Notes: generated from the letters alone by a model not told the origin. DNA of 64,000 nucleotides from TPA_inf: Saccharomyces (GCA_000146045.2 BK006949.2:416001-480000), one strand, 5' to 3'; positions 11,927 to 23,495 are shown, counted from the stretch's first letter. Program-made: numbers and translations.

Positions 11927-12655
11927 ATGCAAAAACACAATATAAAATTAAACCAAAACCAGGATATTTCCCAATTATTCCACGATGAAGTACCCTTATT
12001 CGACAACTCTATAACTTCAAAGGATAAAGAAGTCATTGAAACTTTATCTGAAATATATTCTATAGTAATCACACTAGACCACGTAGAGAAAGCCTACCTA
12101 AAAGACTCCATAGATGACACCCAATACACTAATACTGTTGACAAATTACTAAAGCAGTTCAAGGTCTACCTGAATTCTCAGAATAAAGAAGAGATAAACA
12201 AGCATTTCCAATCCATAGAAGCGTTCTGCGATACATACAACATCACTGCTTCGAACGCAATAACAAGACTGGAGAGGGGCATACCAATTACAGCAGAACA
12301 TGCGATATCCACTACCACATCGGCTCCCTCTGGTGATAATAAACAAAGTTCTTCTAGCGACAAAAAGTTTAATGCTAAATACGTCGCTGAGGCCACTGGT
12401 AATTTCATCACTGTAATGGATGCTTTGAAACTAAACTATAATGCAAAAGATCAATTACATCCCTTATTGGCTGAACTGTTAATCAGCATAAATCGCGTCA
12501 CCAGGGATGATTTTGAGAATAGATCAAAACTCATTGACTGGATTGTCAGAATAAATAAACTCTCAATTGGTGACACTTTAACTGAAACACAAATTAGAGA
12601 ACTTCTGTTTGATCTAGAACTAGCCTATAAAAGTTTTTATGCTTTACTGGATTAA
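11927..12655 (+). CDS. VPS28: ESCRT-I subunit Vps28, 242 aa.
   Basis: ATG at 11927. The length and position match YPL065W. Confidence 0.8.
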   Translation: MQKHNIKLNQNQDISQLFHDEVPLFDNSITSKDKEVIETLSEIYSIVITLDHVEKAYLKDSIDDTQYTNTVDKLLKQFKVYLNSQNKEEINKHFQSIEAFCDTYNITASNAITRLERGIPITAEHAISTTTSAPSGDNKQSSSSDKKFNAKYVAEATGNFITVMDALKLNYNAKDQLHPLLAELLISINRVTRDDFENRSKLIDWIVRINKLSIGDTLTETQIRELLFDLELAYKSFYALLD

Positions 12656-12710
12656 GAAATAAACAAATAGAAATTATGATAACATATATAAGTACACAAG
12701 CGTTTCTATT

Positions 12711-13616
12711 TCACTTTAGAATATTCTTGTTTTTTATTCGTTCTTGAAATTTTGACAACATTGCCAAAGTTTCCCGCTCTCTTTTATCCATTGGTTCTTC
12801 CTTGATGTTTTCTTGACTTTCCGTTTCTTTAGTGGTTGCCTCATCAACATTATCATGCAACTCCGTCTTTTCCCTAATTAGTGCCTCTTGTGGCTGATCT
12901 AAGGATGCGTCTAGTTTAATTCCTTCACTGCGACTATCATCTTTGATCCATGCTGGGAGAATCATTCTCTTTCTTGGCTTAAGCTTTTGAACATCACCAT
13001 CATCATCCTCTTGCTCATCTTCATAAACCATCTTTACTTTTGCTGATTTCACAAGTTTCTTTGCCGGCTCTTGTTCTTTTTTTTCATTATCTTCCAGTCT
13101 TCTTTTTGATCCAAAGATGTCCTCAAAGAATGGTATGGTAATCTCAACATCCTTCAAAACTGCAGGATACATGAATCGTTTGACATCATTGTCACGGGAG
13201 GAAGCTTCAATTTCGCCGCCCAAGATCTCTCTAAAGATGTAAATAGATTTCCCAACAATTTTGCCAAATACATTACAATCGTTCAGTACGTGCTTAGAAT
13301 CCGCCAGCACAGTTATAAACCATGTGTTCCTTCGTCTATCCCATCCCAAGAGTCCATCTCTATTGAAGCGTATACGAGGATTTTTTTCCTCAGCAACTGT
13401 ACGGTACTCACCAGTACTATTTGCATTAAACATTAGCCACTGTGTTGGCTTTAACTCTTTAAATTCTCCATTGGTGAATGTGCCATCTGAGAGCATAGAT
13501 AAGAACCTCTTACATGTCTCAGGGCATTCTTTAGCCCATAATTCAATGGCAATGTTCCCCTTTGTTGTATACAGTATACATTTAGCTGTTGTCTGAGGTT
13601 CTATATTACTGGACAT
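12711..13616 (-). CDS. CWC27: Cyclophilin-type PPIase-domain spliceosome-associated protein, 301 aa.
   Basis: N-terminal cyclophilin-like fold segments (ILYTTKGNIAIELW, FGKIVGKSIYIF) and an acidic, K-rich C-terminus. Matches YPL064C. Confidence 0.8.
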   Translation of the reverse strand: MSSNIEPQTTAKCILYTTKGNIAIELWAKECPETCKRFLSMLSDGTFTNGEFKELKPTQWLMFNANSTGEYRTVAEEKNPRIRFNRDGLLGWDRRRNTWFITVLADSKHVLNDCNVFGKIVGKSIYIFREILGGEIEASSRDNDVKRFMYPAVLKDVEITIPFFEDIFGSKRRLEDNEKKEQEPAKKLVKSAKVKMVYEDEQEDDDGDVQKLKPRKRMILPAWIKDDSRSEGIKLDASLDQPQEALIREKTELHDNVDEATTKETESQENIKEEPMDKRERETLAMLSKFQERIKNKNILK

Positions 13617-13938
13617 AGCATTCTTACTTTGGTTTAAAACTCATCATACATGTTTCCTGTAATACGCTTTGAATAATAAATTATTCAATAAATTATTCTC
13701 AGGACATTTTGAACCTTTTTTTCTCTTCAGACGCTTTACAGCGGAAAAGGAAAAAAAAAAAATTGGAAGTTCTTTCAGTAAAGTGAGATATATTCAGCAA
13801 ACGAACATAACGTCAGGATTAATCGGAACGGTAATTTCTAGCATCCACTCAATTTCGTGATTAGCTTTTGGCGCATAACTGATTTTTTGCTTTAGCACAT
13901 CACAGCTAGAATAAACTTCCAAAAATCACCCGCTTGCA

Positions 13939-15369
13939 ATGCTGTCCATTTTAAGAAATTCGGTGAGACTAAATTCAAGGGCTCTTAGGGTTGTGCCATC
14001 TGCCGCCAACACCTTAACATCGGTTCAAGCATCCAGAAGACTTTTAACAAGTTATTCAAGTTTTTTACAAAAAGAAACAAAAGACGACAAGCCTAAATCC
14101 ATTCTTACAGATGATATGCTGTTCAAGGCCGGTGTTGACGTCGATGAGAAGGGCCAAGGCAAAAACGAGGAAACATCAGGAGAAGGAGGAGAGGACAAGA
14201 ATGAACCTTCTTCCAAAAGTGAAAAATCTAGAAGAAAAAGACAAACTTCTACAGATATTAAAAGAGAAAAGTATGCTAACTGGTTTTACATTTTTTCGTT
14301 GTCTGCGTTGACAGGTACTGCAATCTACATGGCAAGGGATTGGGAGCCTCAAGAGTCTGAAGAATTGAAGAAAGACATCGATAATGGCTACACTTTATCA
14401 CTTATGTATAAAAGATTCAAGGCCAGGTTCAACTCAATGTTCACCTACTTCCAAGAGCCACCTTTCCCTGATTTACTACCTCCACCACCACCACCACCGT
14501 ACCAAAGGCCATTAACTCTTGTTATCACATTGGAAGATTTTTTGGTTCATTCTGAGTGGTCTCAAAAGCATGGTTGGAGAACGGCCAAAAGACCTGGTGC
14601 TGACTACTTCTTGGGTTACCTATCGCAGTATTACGAAATTGTTTTGTTTTCATCCAACTATATGATGTACTCTGACAAAATCGCTGAAAAATTAGATCCA
14701 ATCCATGCATTCGTATCTTATAATTTGTTCAAGGAACACTGTGTTTACAAAGACGGTGTGCACATTAAGGATCTGTCAAAATTGAATAGAGATTTGAGTA
14801 AAGTAATCATTATTGACACTGACCCTAACAGTTACAAATTGCAACCTGAAAATGCTATTCCAATGGAGCCATGGAATGGTGAAGCTGATGACAAATTAGT
14901 AAGATTGATTCCATTTTTGGAGTACCTTGCCACTCAACAAACCAAGGATGTTAGACCAATCTTGAACAGCTTTGAAGACAAGAAGAACCTAGCAGAAGAA
15001 TTTGATCATCGTGTGAAAAAATTGAAGGATAAATTTTACGGAGATCATAAATCTGGTGGCAACTGGGCAATGACGGCACTAGGTCTCGGAAATTCCCTGG
15101 GCGGCAGCACCAAGTTCCCGCTCGATTTGATTCATGAAGAAGGACAAAAGAACTATTTAATGTTCATGAAGATGATTGAGGAAGAAAAGGAAAAAATTAG
15201 AATACAGCAGGAGCAAATGGGCGGGCAAACATTTACGCTGAAAGACTATGTTGAAGGTAACTTGCCTTCGCCAGAAGAACAAATGAAAATACAATTGGAG
15301 AAGCAGAAGGAGGTAGACGCCTTATTTGAAGAGGAAAAGAAAAAGAAGAAGATTGCTGAATCCAAATAA
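13939..15369 (+). CDS. TIM50: TIM23-complex subunit Tim50 with an FCP1/NIF-like phosphatase-fold domain, 476 aa.
   Basis: ATG at 13939. Mitochondrial presequence, one TM helix ([16 protein letters not shown]), a poly-Pro stretch, and the [19 protein letters not shown]1-like motif. Confidence 0.85.
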
Positions 15370-15894
15370 TTTTCATGTAAACCCTCTTCTCATGTATCTA
15401 CGTATCTATGTGTGTATGTAAATGTACCTGTACACTCCCCACACCCTCATTTTGTTACTGTCATGTGAATAAAACTTATGTATATTGCTAACTTACTACC
15501 ACTGCACCTCCTAACATCACCATACTACGTACAAACACGCCTATTTATTTTTTCTATGTTAAATTTTAACGATGTAGACACACCTAATGATCTGATGCGC
15601 TTTGCATATCTCATATTCCTTCACTAGCATAAAAATCCAAAAAAAAAGAATATTTAGGCCGAATGGAATTATTCGTAACGTCATACGAAAAAAGTTTCAA
15701 TTCGTACAATGCCTGGCATGTTCATTCGAATATAAGGCCGCCGCCTTCCAGTCAGGGTAGCCAAAAGTATAATCCCGGGTGGAAACTAAACTAAAAACCG
15801 TACTCACAACTTTCCGCGGACGCTAACAGACAAATAGACACACTATCAGGTCAGGAACTGCCGTCACATACGACACTGCCCCTCACGTAAGGGC

Positions 15895-16299
15895 ATGATA
15901 GAATTGGATTATGTAAAAGGTGAAGATACCATTGTAGAAGCAACCAGCACGTCGCCGTGGCTGATGAGGTCTCCTCTTGCCCGGGCCGCAGAAAAGAGGG
16001 GCAGTGGCCTGTTTTTCGACATAAATGAGGGGCATGGCCAGCACCGAGACGTCATTGTTGCATATGGCGTATCCAAGCCGAAACGGCGCTCGCCTCATCC
16101 CCACGGGAATAAGGCAGCCGACAAAAGAAAAACGACCGAAAAGGAACCAGAAAGAAAAAAGAGGGTGGGCGCGCCGCGGACGTGTAAAAAGATATGCATC
16201 CAGCTTCTATATCGCTTTAACTTTACCGTTTTGGGCATCGGGAACGTATGTAACATTGATCTCCTCTTGGGAACGGTGAGTGCAACGAATGCGATATAG
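15895..16299 (+). CDS. YPL062W: Doubtful 134-aa ORF inside the GC-rich ALD6 upstream region. Probably not protein-coding.
   Basis: ORF present but low-complexity and basic. Four overlapping ORFs on both strands in the same 600 bp. Position matches the dubious YPL062W. Confidence 0.3.
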   Translation: MIELDYVKGEDTIVEATSTSPWLMRSPLARAAEKRGSGLFFDINEGHGQHRDVIVAYGVSKPKRRSPHPHGNKAADKRKTTEKEPERKKRVGAPRTCKKICIQLLYRFNFTVLGIGNVCNIDLLLGTVSATNAI

Positions 16300-16587
16300 C
16301 ACCGACCATGTGGGCAAATTCGTAATAAATTCGGGGTGAGGGGGATTCAAGACAAGCAACCTTGTTAGTCAGCTCAAACAGCGATTTAACGGTTGAGTAA
16401 CACATCAAAACACCGTTCGAGGTCAAGCCTGGCGTGTTTAACAAGTTCTTGATATCATATATAAATGTAATAAGAAGTTTGGTAATATTCAATTCGAAGT
16501 GTTCAGTCTTTTACTTCTCTTGTTTTATAGAAGAAAAAACATCAAGAAACATCTTTAACATACACAAACACATACTATCAGAATACA

Positions 16588-18090
16588 ATGACTAAGCTAC
16601 ACTTTGACACTGCTGAACCAGTCAAGATCACACTTCCAAATGGTTTGACATACGAGCAACCAACCGGTCTATTCATTAACAACAAGTTTATGAAAGCTCA
16701 AGACGGTAAGACCTATCCCGTCGAAGATCCTTCCACTGAAAACACCGTTTGTGAGGTCTCTTCTGCCACCACTGAAGATGTTGAATATGCTATCGAATGT
16801 GCCGACCGTGCTTTCCACGACACTGAATGGGCTACCCAAGACCCAAGAGAAAGAGGCCGTCTACTAAGTAAGTTGGCTGACGAATTGGAAAGCCAAATTG
16901 ACTTGGTTTCTTCCATTGAAGCTTTGGACAATGGTAAAACTTTGGCCTTAGCCCGTGGGGATGTTACCATTGCAATCAACTGTCTAAGAGATGCTGCTGC
17001 CTATGCCGACAAAGTCAACGGTAGAACAATCAACACCGGTGACGGCTACATGAACTTCACCACCTTAGAGCCAATCGGTGTCTGTGGTCAAATTATTCCA
17101 TGGAACTTTCCAATAATGATGTTGGCTTGGAAGATCGCCCCAGCATTGGCCATGGGTAACGTCTGTATCTTGAAACCCGCTGCTGTCACACCTTTAAATG
17201 CCCTATACTTTGCTTCTTTATGTAAGAAGGTTGGTATTCCAGCTGGTGTCGTCAACATCGTTCCAGGTCCTGGTAGAACTGTTGGTGCTGCTTTGACCAA
17301 CGACCCAAGAATCAGAAAGCTGGCTTTTACCGGTTCTACAGAAGTCGGTAAGAGTGTTGCTGTCGACTCTTCTGAATCTAACTTGAAGAAAATCACTTTG
17401 GAACTAGGTGGTAAGTCCGCCCATTTGGTCTTTGACGATGCTAACATTAAGAAGACTTTACCAAATCTAGTAAACGGTATTTTCAAGAACGCTGGTCAAA
17501 TTTGTTCCTCTGGTTCTAGAATTTACGTTCAAGAAGGTATTTACGACGAACTATTGGCTGCTTTCAAGGCTTACTTGGAAACCGAAATCAAAGTTGGTAA
17601 TCCATTTGACAAGGCTAACTTCCAAGGTGCTATCACTAACCGTCAACAATTCGACACAATTATGAACTACATCGATATCGGTAAGAAAGAAGGCGCCAAG
17701 ATCTTAACTGGTGGCGAAAAAGTTGGTGACAAGGGTTACTTCATCAGACCAACCGTTTTCTACGATGTTAATGAAGACATGAGAATTGTTAAGGAAGAAA
17801 TTTTTGGACCAGTTGTCACTGTCGCAAAGTTCAAGACTTTAGAAGAAGGTGTCGAAATGGCTAACAGCTCTGAATTCGGTCTAGGTTCTGGTATCGAAAC
17901 AGAATCTTTGAGCACAGGTTTGAAGGTGGCCAAGATGTTGAAGGCCGGTACCGTCTGGATCAACACATACAACGATTTTGACTCCAGAGTTCCATTCGGT
18001 GGTGTTAAGCAATCTGGTTACGGTAGAGAAATGGGTGAAGAAGTCTACCATGCATACACTGAAGTAAAAGCTGTCAGAATTAAGTTGTAA
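16588..18090 (+). CDS. ALD6: Cytosolic NADP-dependent aldehyde dehydrogenase, 500 aa.
   Basis: ATG at 16588. ALDH glutamate active site LELGGKSA, cysteine active site GQICSSGSR, and the NAD(P)-binding GxxxxG region. Confidence 0.95.
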
Positions 18091-18522
18091 TGTACCAACC
18101 TGCATTTCTTTCCGTCATATACACAAAATACTTTCATATAAACTTACTTGGTCTTACGTCATAAATAAATATGTATACATATAAATTAAAAAATTTGGTT
18201 TTATATTTTTACAAAAAGAATCGTTTACTTCATTTCTCCCTTTTAAGCGATACAATCCATGAAAAAAGAGAAAAAGAGAGAACAGGCTTGTGCCTTCTTT
18301 AAAACATCCCACACAAAATCATATTGAATTGAATTTTACATCTTAAGCTAGTGTACAACAACTGCTATATCCAAAGAAAACTAACGTGGACCGCTTTTAG
18401 AGTTGAGAAAAAGGTTTGAAAAAAATAGCAATACAAAGACTTGTTTCATATATAAAATACAGGGAGCACATTGAGCTAATATAACATAAACACTGCGAAC
18501 CAATTCCAATCAAAAGGTACAC

Positions 18523-19764
18523 ATGAGAGCATTCCCCCGAGTACTGCCATTTCGCCATCAGAGATCATATAATAACATCCTTCTTCGAACAGTAAGGCTT
18601 TTTGGTTCATCACTTTCTTCTTTTGATTTCTCTAGGCAAATGCCTAAGGTGGACCCTGACAATACCGCTGCAATGCTACTACAGAAAAACTTGATCCAAA
18701 GAAACAACATGCTCTATGGGTATGGATCAGGGACAATACGATGTACTTTGCTAGACTCAACTGGACGAGCCAAATCACCATTAGTAGAGATAAAACGTGA
18801 GGATCTAGTATCAAAACATGGCTTGTTGCCCAGAGATCTACGTAAAATTGAAAAATCAAGGAAGAATGACTTAGTCCCTAGTTTGCTCGTGCGAGAAAAT
18901 TCCATACTAATCAGTTTACTTACTGTGAAAGCCCTAATTAAGCCTGATATGGTTATTATCTTCGATTCAGCCGGCAGTGGAATAACTTTAAACTCAGAAG
19001 CTCACAAGGATTTTATTAACGATATGAAATTGAGACTAAAAAATCAAGAAACAAGCGAGCTAAATAGCGATCCACTTCCTTATGAATTCAGAGCTTTAGA
19101 AACGATCTTCATTTCGGCATTATCTAACCTTACCAGTGAAATGAAGGTGTTGCTAACCATATGCAAGGGGGTGCTTCAAGATCTAGAATTTAGTATAACA
19201 AGAGATAAATTAAGGTTCTTACTGGGTCAAAACAAAAAATTGAGCAGCTTCAATAAAAAGGCTGTTCTAGTTAAAGATATGCTGGATGACTTGCTAGAGC
19301 AAGACGATATGCTTTGTGATATGTACTTAACCGACAAAAAGGCTGGAAAAATTAGAGTTCAAGATGATCATACTGAAATTGAAATGCTTCTGGAAACATA
19401 TCATAACTATGTCGATGAAATAGTTCAGAAAAGCGAAAGCGCCATATCTGACGTGAAAACCACAGAAGAAATCATCAATATAATCCTAGATTCTAACAGA
19501 AACGAATTAATGCTGTTAGGGATAAGATACGCCATAGGAATGCTTTCGTTGGGAGGCGCTCTATTCCTGGGTTCTATCTATGGTATGAATCTGGAAAGTT
19601 TCATAGAAGAAAGTAATTATGCGTATTTAACTGTCACCATTTTGGGGTTAATATCTACTGTTTGGCTCTATGCGAAGGGAATCAGACATTTGCATAAATT
19701 ACAACGTATGACATTATTGAGTAAAATAAAAACAGATTCCGTTCACGAACTGTTGAAGAAATAG
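18523..19764 (+). CDS. MFM1: Mitochondrial inner-membrane Mg2+ transporter of the CorA/Mrs2 family, 413 aa.
   Basis: ATG at 18523. GMN signature inside YGMNLESF, followed by two C-terminal TM helices. Matches YPL060W (LPE10/MFM1). Confidence 0.85.
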   Translation: MRAFPRVLPFRHQRSYNNILLRTVRLFGSSLSSFDFSRQMPKVDPDNTAAMLLQKNLIQRNNMLYGYGSGTIRCTLLDSTGRAKSPLVEIKREDLVSKHGLLPRDLRKIEKSRKNDLVPSLLVRENSILISLLTVKALIKPDMVIIFDSAGSGITLNSEAHKDFINDMKLRLKNQETSELNSDPLPYEFRALETIFISALSNLTSEMKVLLTICKGVLQDLEFSITRDKLRFLLGQNKKLSSFNKKAVLVKDMLDDLLEQDDMLCDMYLTDKKAGKIRVQDDHTEIEMLLETYHNYVDEIVQKSESAISDVKTTEEIINIILDSNRNELMLLGIRYAIGMLSLGGALFLGSIYGMNLESFIEESNYAYLTVTILGLISTVWLYAKGIRHLHKLQRMTLLSKIKTDSVHELLKK

Positions 19765-19892
19765 TTATCACGAAGAGTCAATCAATCTTTTTAATACGCA
19801 TTCAAATGAATAAGAACAACTTTCACTTTTTTAAGTATATAAAAAGCCGTACAGGCGAACGTATATAATTAAAATTCTTTGGAAAAAAAGAA

Positions 19893-19964
19893 AGCTCGCA
19901 CTCAGGATCGAACTAAGGACCAACAGATTTGCAATCTGCTGCGCTACCACTGCGCCATACGAGC
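19893..19964 (-). tRNA. tC(GCA)P1: tRNA-Cys, anticodon GCA, 72 nt, no intron.
   Basis: The minus strand reads GCTCGTATGGCGCAGTGGTAGCGCAGCAGATTGCAAATCTGTTGGTCCTTAGTTCGATCCTGAGTGCGAGCT. Acceptor stem 7 bp, anticodon loop TTGCAAA, T-loop TTCGATC. Confidence 0.9.
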
Positions 19965-20059
19965 TTTTGTTGTATAGTTTTAAGGCAATAGAATAATAAC
20001 ACTTATCCACGCAACAGTAATGTGGTTAAATAATAACTTCCTGTCAGGACTTGTGGTTG

Positions 20060-20249
20060 ATTGGTGAAAATCAAATATCATGCTGACTACTAGAAATATT
20101 AGCAGTATATTATCATATACGGTGTAAGAAGATGAGATAAGGATTGAGAAACAGTCATCAAGTTTAATGAAAGTGAAATGAAAGGATTGATTATATAATA
20201 GGATAATGAATCACAAAGTATAAAAAGAAGGAAGAAAAAATGATATCAT
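20060..20249 (+). repeat. Truncated delta (Ty1/Ty2 LTR) fragment, the 5' ~190 bp.
   Basis: Similar to the delta consensus from memory, e.g. ACTAGAAATATTAGCAGTATATTATCATATACGGTGTAAGAAGATGAGA. It stops at the junction with the next, inverted copy. Confidence 0.5.
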
Positions 20250-20590
20250 TGAGAAATTGATGAATTTTGAGATAATTGTTGAGATTTAATTGTTGATAAA
20301 GGCAATAATATTAGGTATATAGAATATACTAGAAGTTCTCCTCGAGGATATAGAAATTTTCAAAGGGGAATCGATTTTTCTACAAATAATATTACTATTA
20401 TTCCTCCTTCCGTTTTATATGTTTCATTATCCTGCTATATTATCAATCGTTGCATTAATCGTTGAATTTCAACTTACTCGAACTTCGATGACAGTTTCTC
20501 ATCCCTTATGTTATCTTCTTACACTGTATGTGATAATATACTGGTAGTATGACTACTAGTTGATAGACGATAGTTGAATTTATTCCATAA
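20250..20590 (-). repeat. Near full-length solo delta (Ty1/Ty2 LTR), inverted relative to the flanking fragments.
   Basis: The reverse complement reads TTATGGAATAAATTCAACTATCGTCTATCAACTAGTAG...TATATCCTCGAGGAGAACTTCTAGTATATTCT...AATTCATCAATTTCTCA. This is delta-like from end to end and about 340 bp. Confidence 0.55.
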
Positions 20591-20731
20591 ATTATTTATG
20601 TAAAACTGCCGACCCCTTTTGTCGATTTCTATATTCTCGAAGAGAACTTCTAACATTTTCTGTATACCTGATATTATAGTCTTTAACAACAACGGAATCC
20701 TCACAGTTATCTACGATTCATCTATTTCTCA
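20590..20731 (+). repeat. Delta 3' fragment, about 140 bp, ending TTTCTCA.
   Basis: TATATTCTCGAAGAGAACTTCTAACATTTTCTGTATACCTGATATTATAGTCTTTAACAACAACGGAATCC...CTATTTCTCA matches the delta U5 end. Confidence 0.5.
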
Positions 20732-20889
20732 TCAGTAACAAAGATATTTCAGTAGTTATTTTATATAATTCATGCGTTTCACACATAGAGATGGTTTCTT
20801 AAGTTTAGAATGACGTATTTAGCTATAATAAAATGTTTCATTGTGGGATAAAAACTTGTGGGCCATGACATGAGCAAATTTATTATCAA

Positions 20890-21260
20890 TGTTGATAATT
20901 AGAGGTAAAAAATTAGTATTAATGAAGAAGTGAGTACTGATCTTCTTATACTAAATAAGAGAGGTATATAAAACACACGCCGATTGGTCATATTAATCAT
21001 GACCAATATAATAGTGGTTCCGGTAGTTACTATACATTGATGTGACGACTCATATTCCTCATATATGTACCTACCATATCATGTTCAACTAATAGGTCTT
21101 TAACACAGCTTCAGTATTGTCTGAGCTTCTCGTTTAACATTCCTTCTGCAATAGGCGCAATCACACTTAAACGTATACGAGTTGTACATTAATATACGAT
21201 GTAAGCATTAGATTGTTACCATAGCAACTCATGTCACTATTAATTACTCTCGTTCCAACA
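20890..21260 (-). repeat. Ty4 3' LTR (tau), 371 bp, TGTTG...CAACA.
   Basis: Identical over all 371 bp to the copy at 26742-27112. Preceded on the element strand by the polypurine tract TTTAAGGGAGCA. Confidence 0.9.
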
Positions 21261-21332
21261 TGCTCCCTTAAAGATATATTATTGTACTTCAACAGATATT
21301 CATTGTGTGTTTAGAACTTCATTAATTAATTA

Positions 21333-23495
21333 TCAATAGTCTGTTGAGGCCAAAATATCCTGTGATGTTATTTTATTTTTTAATACTTGTATAAATCTTT
21401 TAAAATCAGATGCTGATACTGGTTTTGTTAGTAAATCAGCAATATTACCTTTGCCGGTAATTTTTAACAGTTTTATACTCTTCTCTTTAATTTTTTCTTT
21501 TATTATTTCAGTTTTTATCCAAGTGAATTTCTCTTTTGGTTGTTGATAGCTGCGATTTAATCCTTGAATGGCTGGCTTTGAGTCAGTGATCATGACAATG
21601 TCATTATTGTCTCCTTCTCCTAGCTCCTTTAATGTTACCTTCAACGTTTCTGAGTCTGCATAGCCTTCATAAATGGCATGAAGCTCTGCTTCTGTTGATG
21701 ATACACATCTGTTTGTGCTCTTGTTAGAATAAACATTAAAAATATTCATACCGTACCATAATATAACTCCAATCCTTGATTGAGCATCATATTCTGATCC
21801 AACTGATGCATCAGTTATAGCAATAACCTTCTTGTCTTTATTACAGTCTCGGTCATAGTGTATTCCAATATCTTTATACCGAACCAAGTACTGGATTATT
21901 TTGTAAATCATATAAAAGACTCTTTCATGTGGGTAATTTACTAGTCTAGCCACTTTCTTAACAGCAAAATTAATGTCGTATCTGCATTTGTGTCTGACAT
22001 AGTTTAGTTCACCTAGTAATTGTTGTAGCTTTAGAACACCTTGTCTAAACTCTTCTTCTGACATTTGCAGTACGTCTTTCTTAGGATCTATTTTATAAGT
22101 TGACATATGCGGAATTGAACTTTTTCTAATCTTTTTCAATTCCTCGTTGTATTTTTTATCCATTCTATTTATGAATGATTTTAATGTTAAATCGATAGTA
22201 CCAAGTCTTTTGTTGTATACTAGATCCATTCCTAATATATCTGTATCGAGTACATCATCTATTAATGTTCCTGTAATTTTCAGTTCAAAATTACTTTTCA
22301 ATTTGTTTATGAATTCATCCAATCTCTGTTCATTGCTTGCCGCAATTACGCAGTCATCAACATAGACTGCAATCATTAGATTTTTATCCTCGGTTTGGTA
22401 TAATCCCGGAGTATAAGAGTTATCTTTCAGTCCAATTCCATTCAAGTATTGTCTTAGATGATCATTCCATTCTTTAGGACTCTGTTTTAGACCATATAAC
22501 GCCTTATTTAGCTTGACTACACATCTCCTATCATGCGGATGTGGGATGTATATTTCTTCTTCCAATTTAGCATATAGGAATGCATGATTGATATCCAGGG
22601 TCTTCATAAACATATTTCTGTTGTTTGCAATCATTAAGAATATCTTAATATGATTGTGATTTAAAGATTCTGTAGTTATTACACTGTAAGTGTCTGGTGA
22701 CTGAGTATCACCTCTGCAGACTATCCTAGCCTTATAAATCCCATTTCTTTTCTTTGTGAATATCGTGTTGGTGGGTACTATTAAATTATCAGGGATTTCT
22801 GATCTACTGTACTTCACATCGACATCAAATACCTTCATATCTTTTAAATTCTGTAATTCTTTATGATATGCCTGTTTGTATTCATGTTTTTCTTTGAGGT
22901 CAGGATTTTTTGAAATAGCTTCATTATAATATATGGCTCTAATTTTTTGTGCTGAAACTGTTTCCATATTATCTGGAATTAATTTCACTCGATTCCTTTT
23001 TGAACGCTTCTTATCTCTTTCTAATTCATAGCTTGTTAGACTATTGTTTTTATCGTGTCTTTTCCGTTTTCTTTTCATGTTCAAAGAACTGAATTCTTTG
23101 TTTAAGAAGGCACTTTTATTAACTGTTTGTACTGGTGATCCAGATGCTTCAATATTTTGTTCCAACCTTGGTGACACATTTGTTCCATTGTCAGTTGGTA
23201 CATTTTTATCGGTGACTTTTAATTCTTTTAAGTTATTACCATCCTGACAGTTTGATTCCATATCAGTTTGATCACTCATATCCACAATGTCCTCAATCGG
23301 GGGCGGATGATGATTTTCCTTCTCAAACTTTTCAACTTTGTTTGTGGAATAATCATTACTATGGTGATTGTTAATGCTTTCTAAAGTTTTTATTGGTAAA
23401 CTCGTATCGCCTGTTTTTAAAGAAATCTCATTGTCTGTATTTCGGAATTTTACATTTTGTTCCAATGCTCCCTTCTTTAGGAAACGAAGTTTCAT
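21333..23495 (-). CDS. TYB: Ty4 pol distal part, reverse transcriptase and RNase H (720 codons), in the +1 frame relative to the gag-PR-IN ORF.
   Basis: RT motifs LDINHAFLY and AVYVDDCVIAAS. RNase H region ITDASVGSEYDAQSRIG. The frame opens 8 codons before the ATG at 23495. Confidence 0.85.
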   Translation of the reverse strand: MKLRFLKKGALEQNVKFRNTDNEISLKTGDTSLPIKTLESINNHHSNDYSTNKVEKFEKENHHPPPIEDIVDMSDQTDMESNCQDGNNLKELKVTDKNVPTDNGTNVSPRLEQNIEASGSPVQTVNKSAFLNKEFSSLNMKRKRKRHDKNNSLTSYELERDKKRSKRNRVKLIPDNMETVSAQKIRAIYYNEAISKNPDLKEKHEYKQAYHKELQNLKDMKVFDVDVKYSRSEIPDNLIVPTNTIFTKKRNGIYKARIVCRGDTQSPDTYSVITTESLNHNHIKIFLMIANNRNMFMKTLDINHAFLYAKLEEEIYIPHPHDRRCVVKLNKALYGLKQSPKEWNDHLRQYLNGIGLKDNSYTPGLYQTEDKNLMIAVYVDDCVIAASNEQRLDEFINKLKSNFELKITGTLIDDVLDTDILGMDLVYNKRLGTIDLTLKSFINRMDKKYNEELKKIRKSSIPHMSTYKIDPKKDVLQMSEEEFRQGVLKLQQLLGELNYVRHKCRYDINFAVKKVARLVNYPHERVFYMIYKIIQYLVRYKDIGIHYDRDCNKDKKVIAITDASVGSEYDAQSRIGVILWYGMNIFNVYSNKSTNRCVSSTEAELHAIYEGYADSETLKVTLKELGEGDNNDIVMITDSKPAIQGLNRSYQQPKEKFTWIKTEIIKEKIKEKSIKLLKITGKGNIADLLTKPVSASDFKRFIQVLKNKITSQDILASTDY

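Noticed and set aside
20590-20889. Initial impression that 20590-20889 was a sigma (Ty3 LTR) element, because it sits upstream of a tRNA.
   Set aside because: Sequence comparison with the delta consensus from memory shows 20590-20731 is the 3' end of a delta (…CTCGAAGAGAACTTCTAACATTTTCTGTATACCT…TTTCTCA). It has no sigma-like termini. The remaining 160 bp is unassigned. Ty3-sigma elements lie 16-19 bp from tRNA starts, not 600 bp away.
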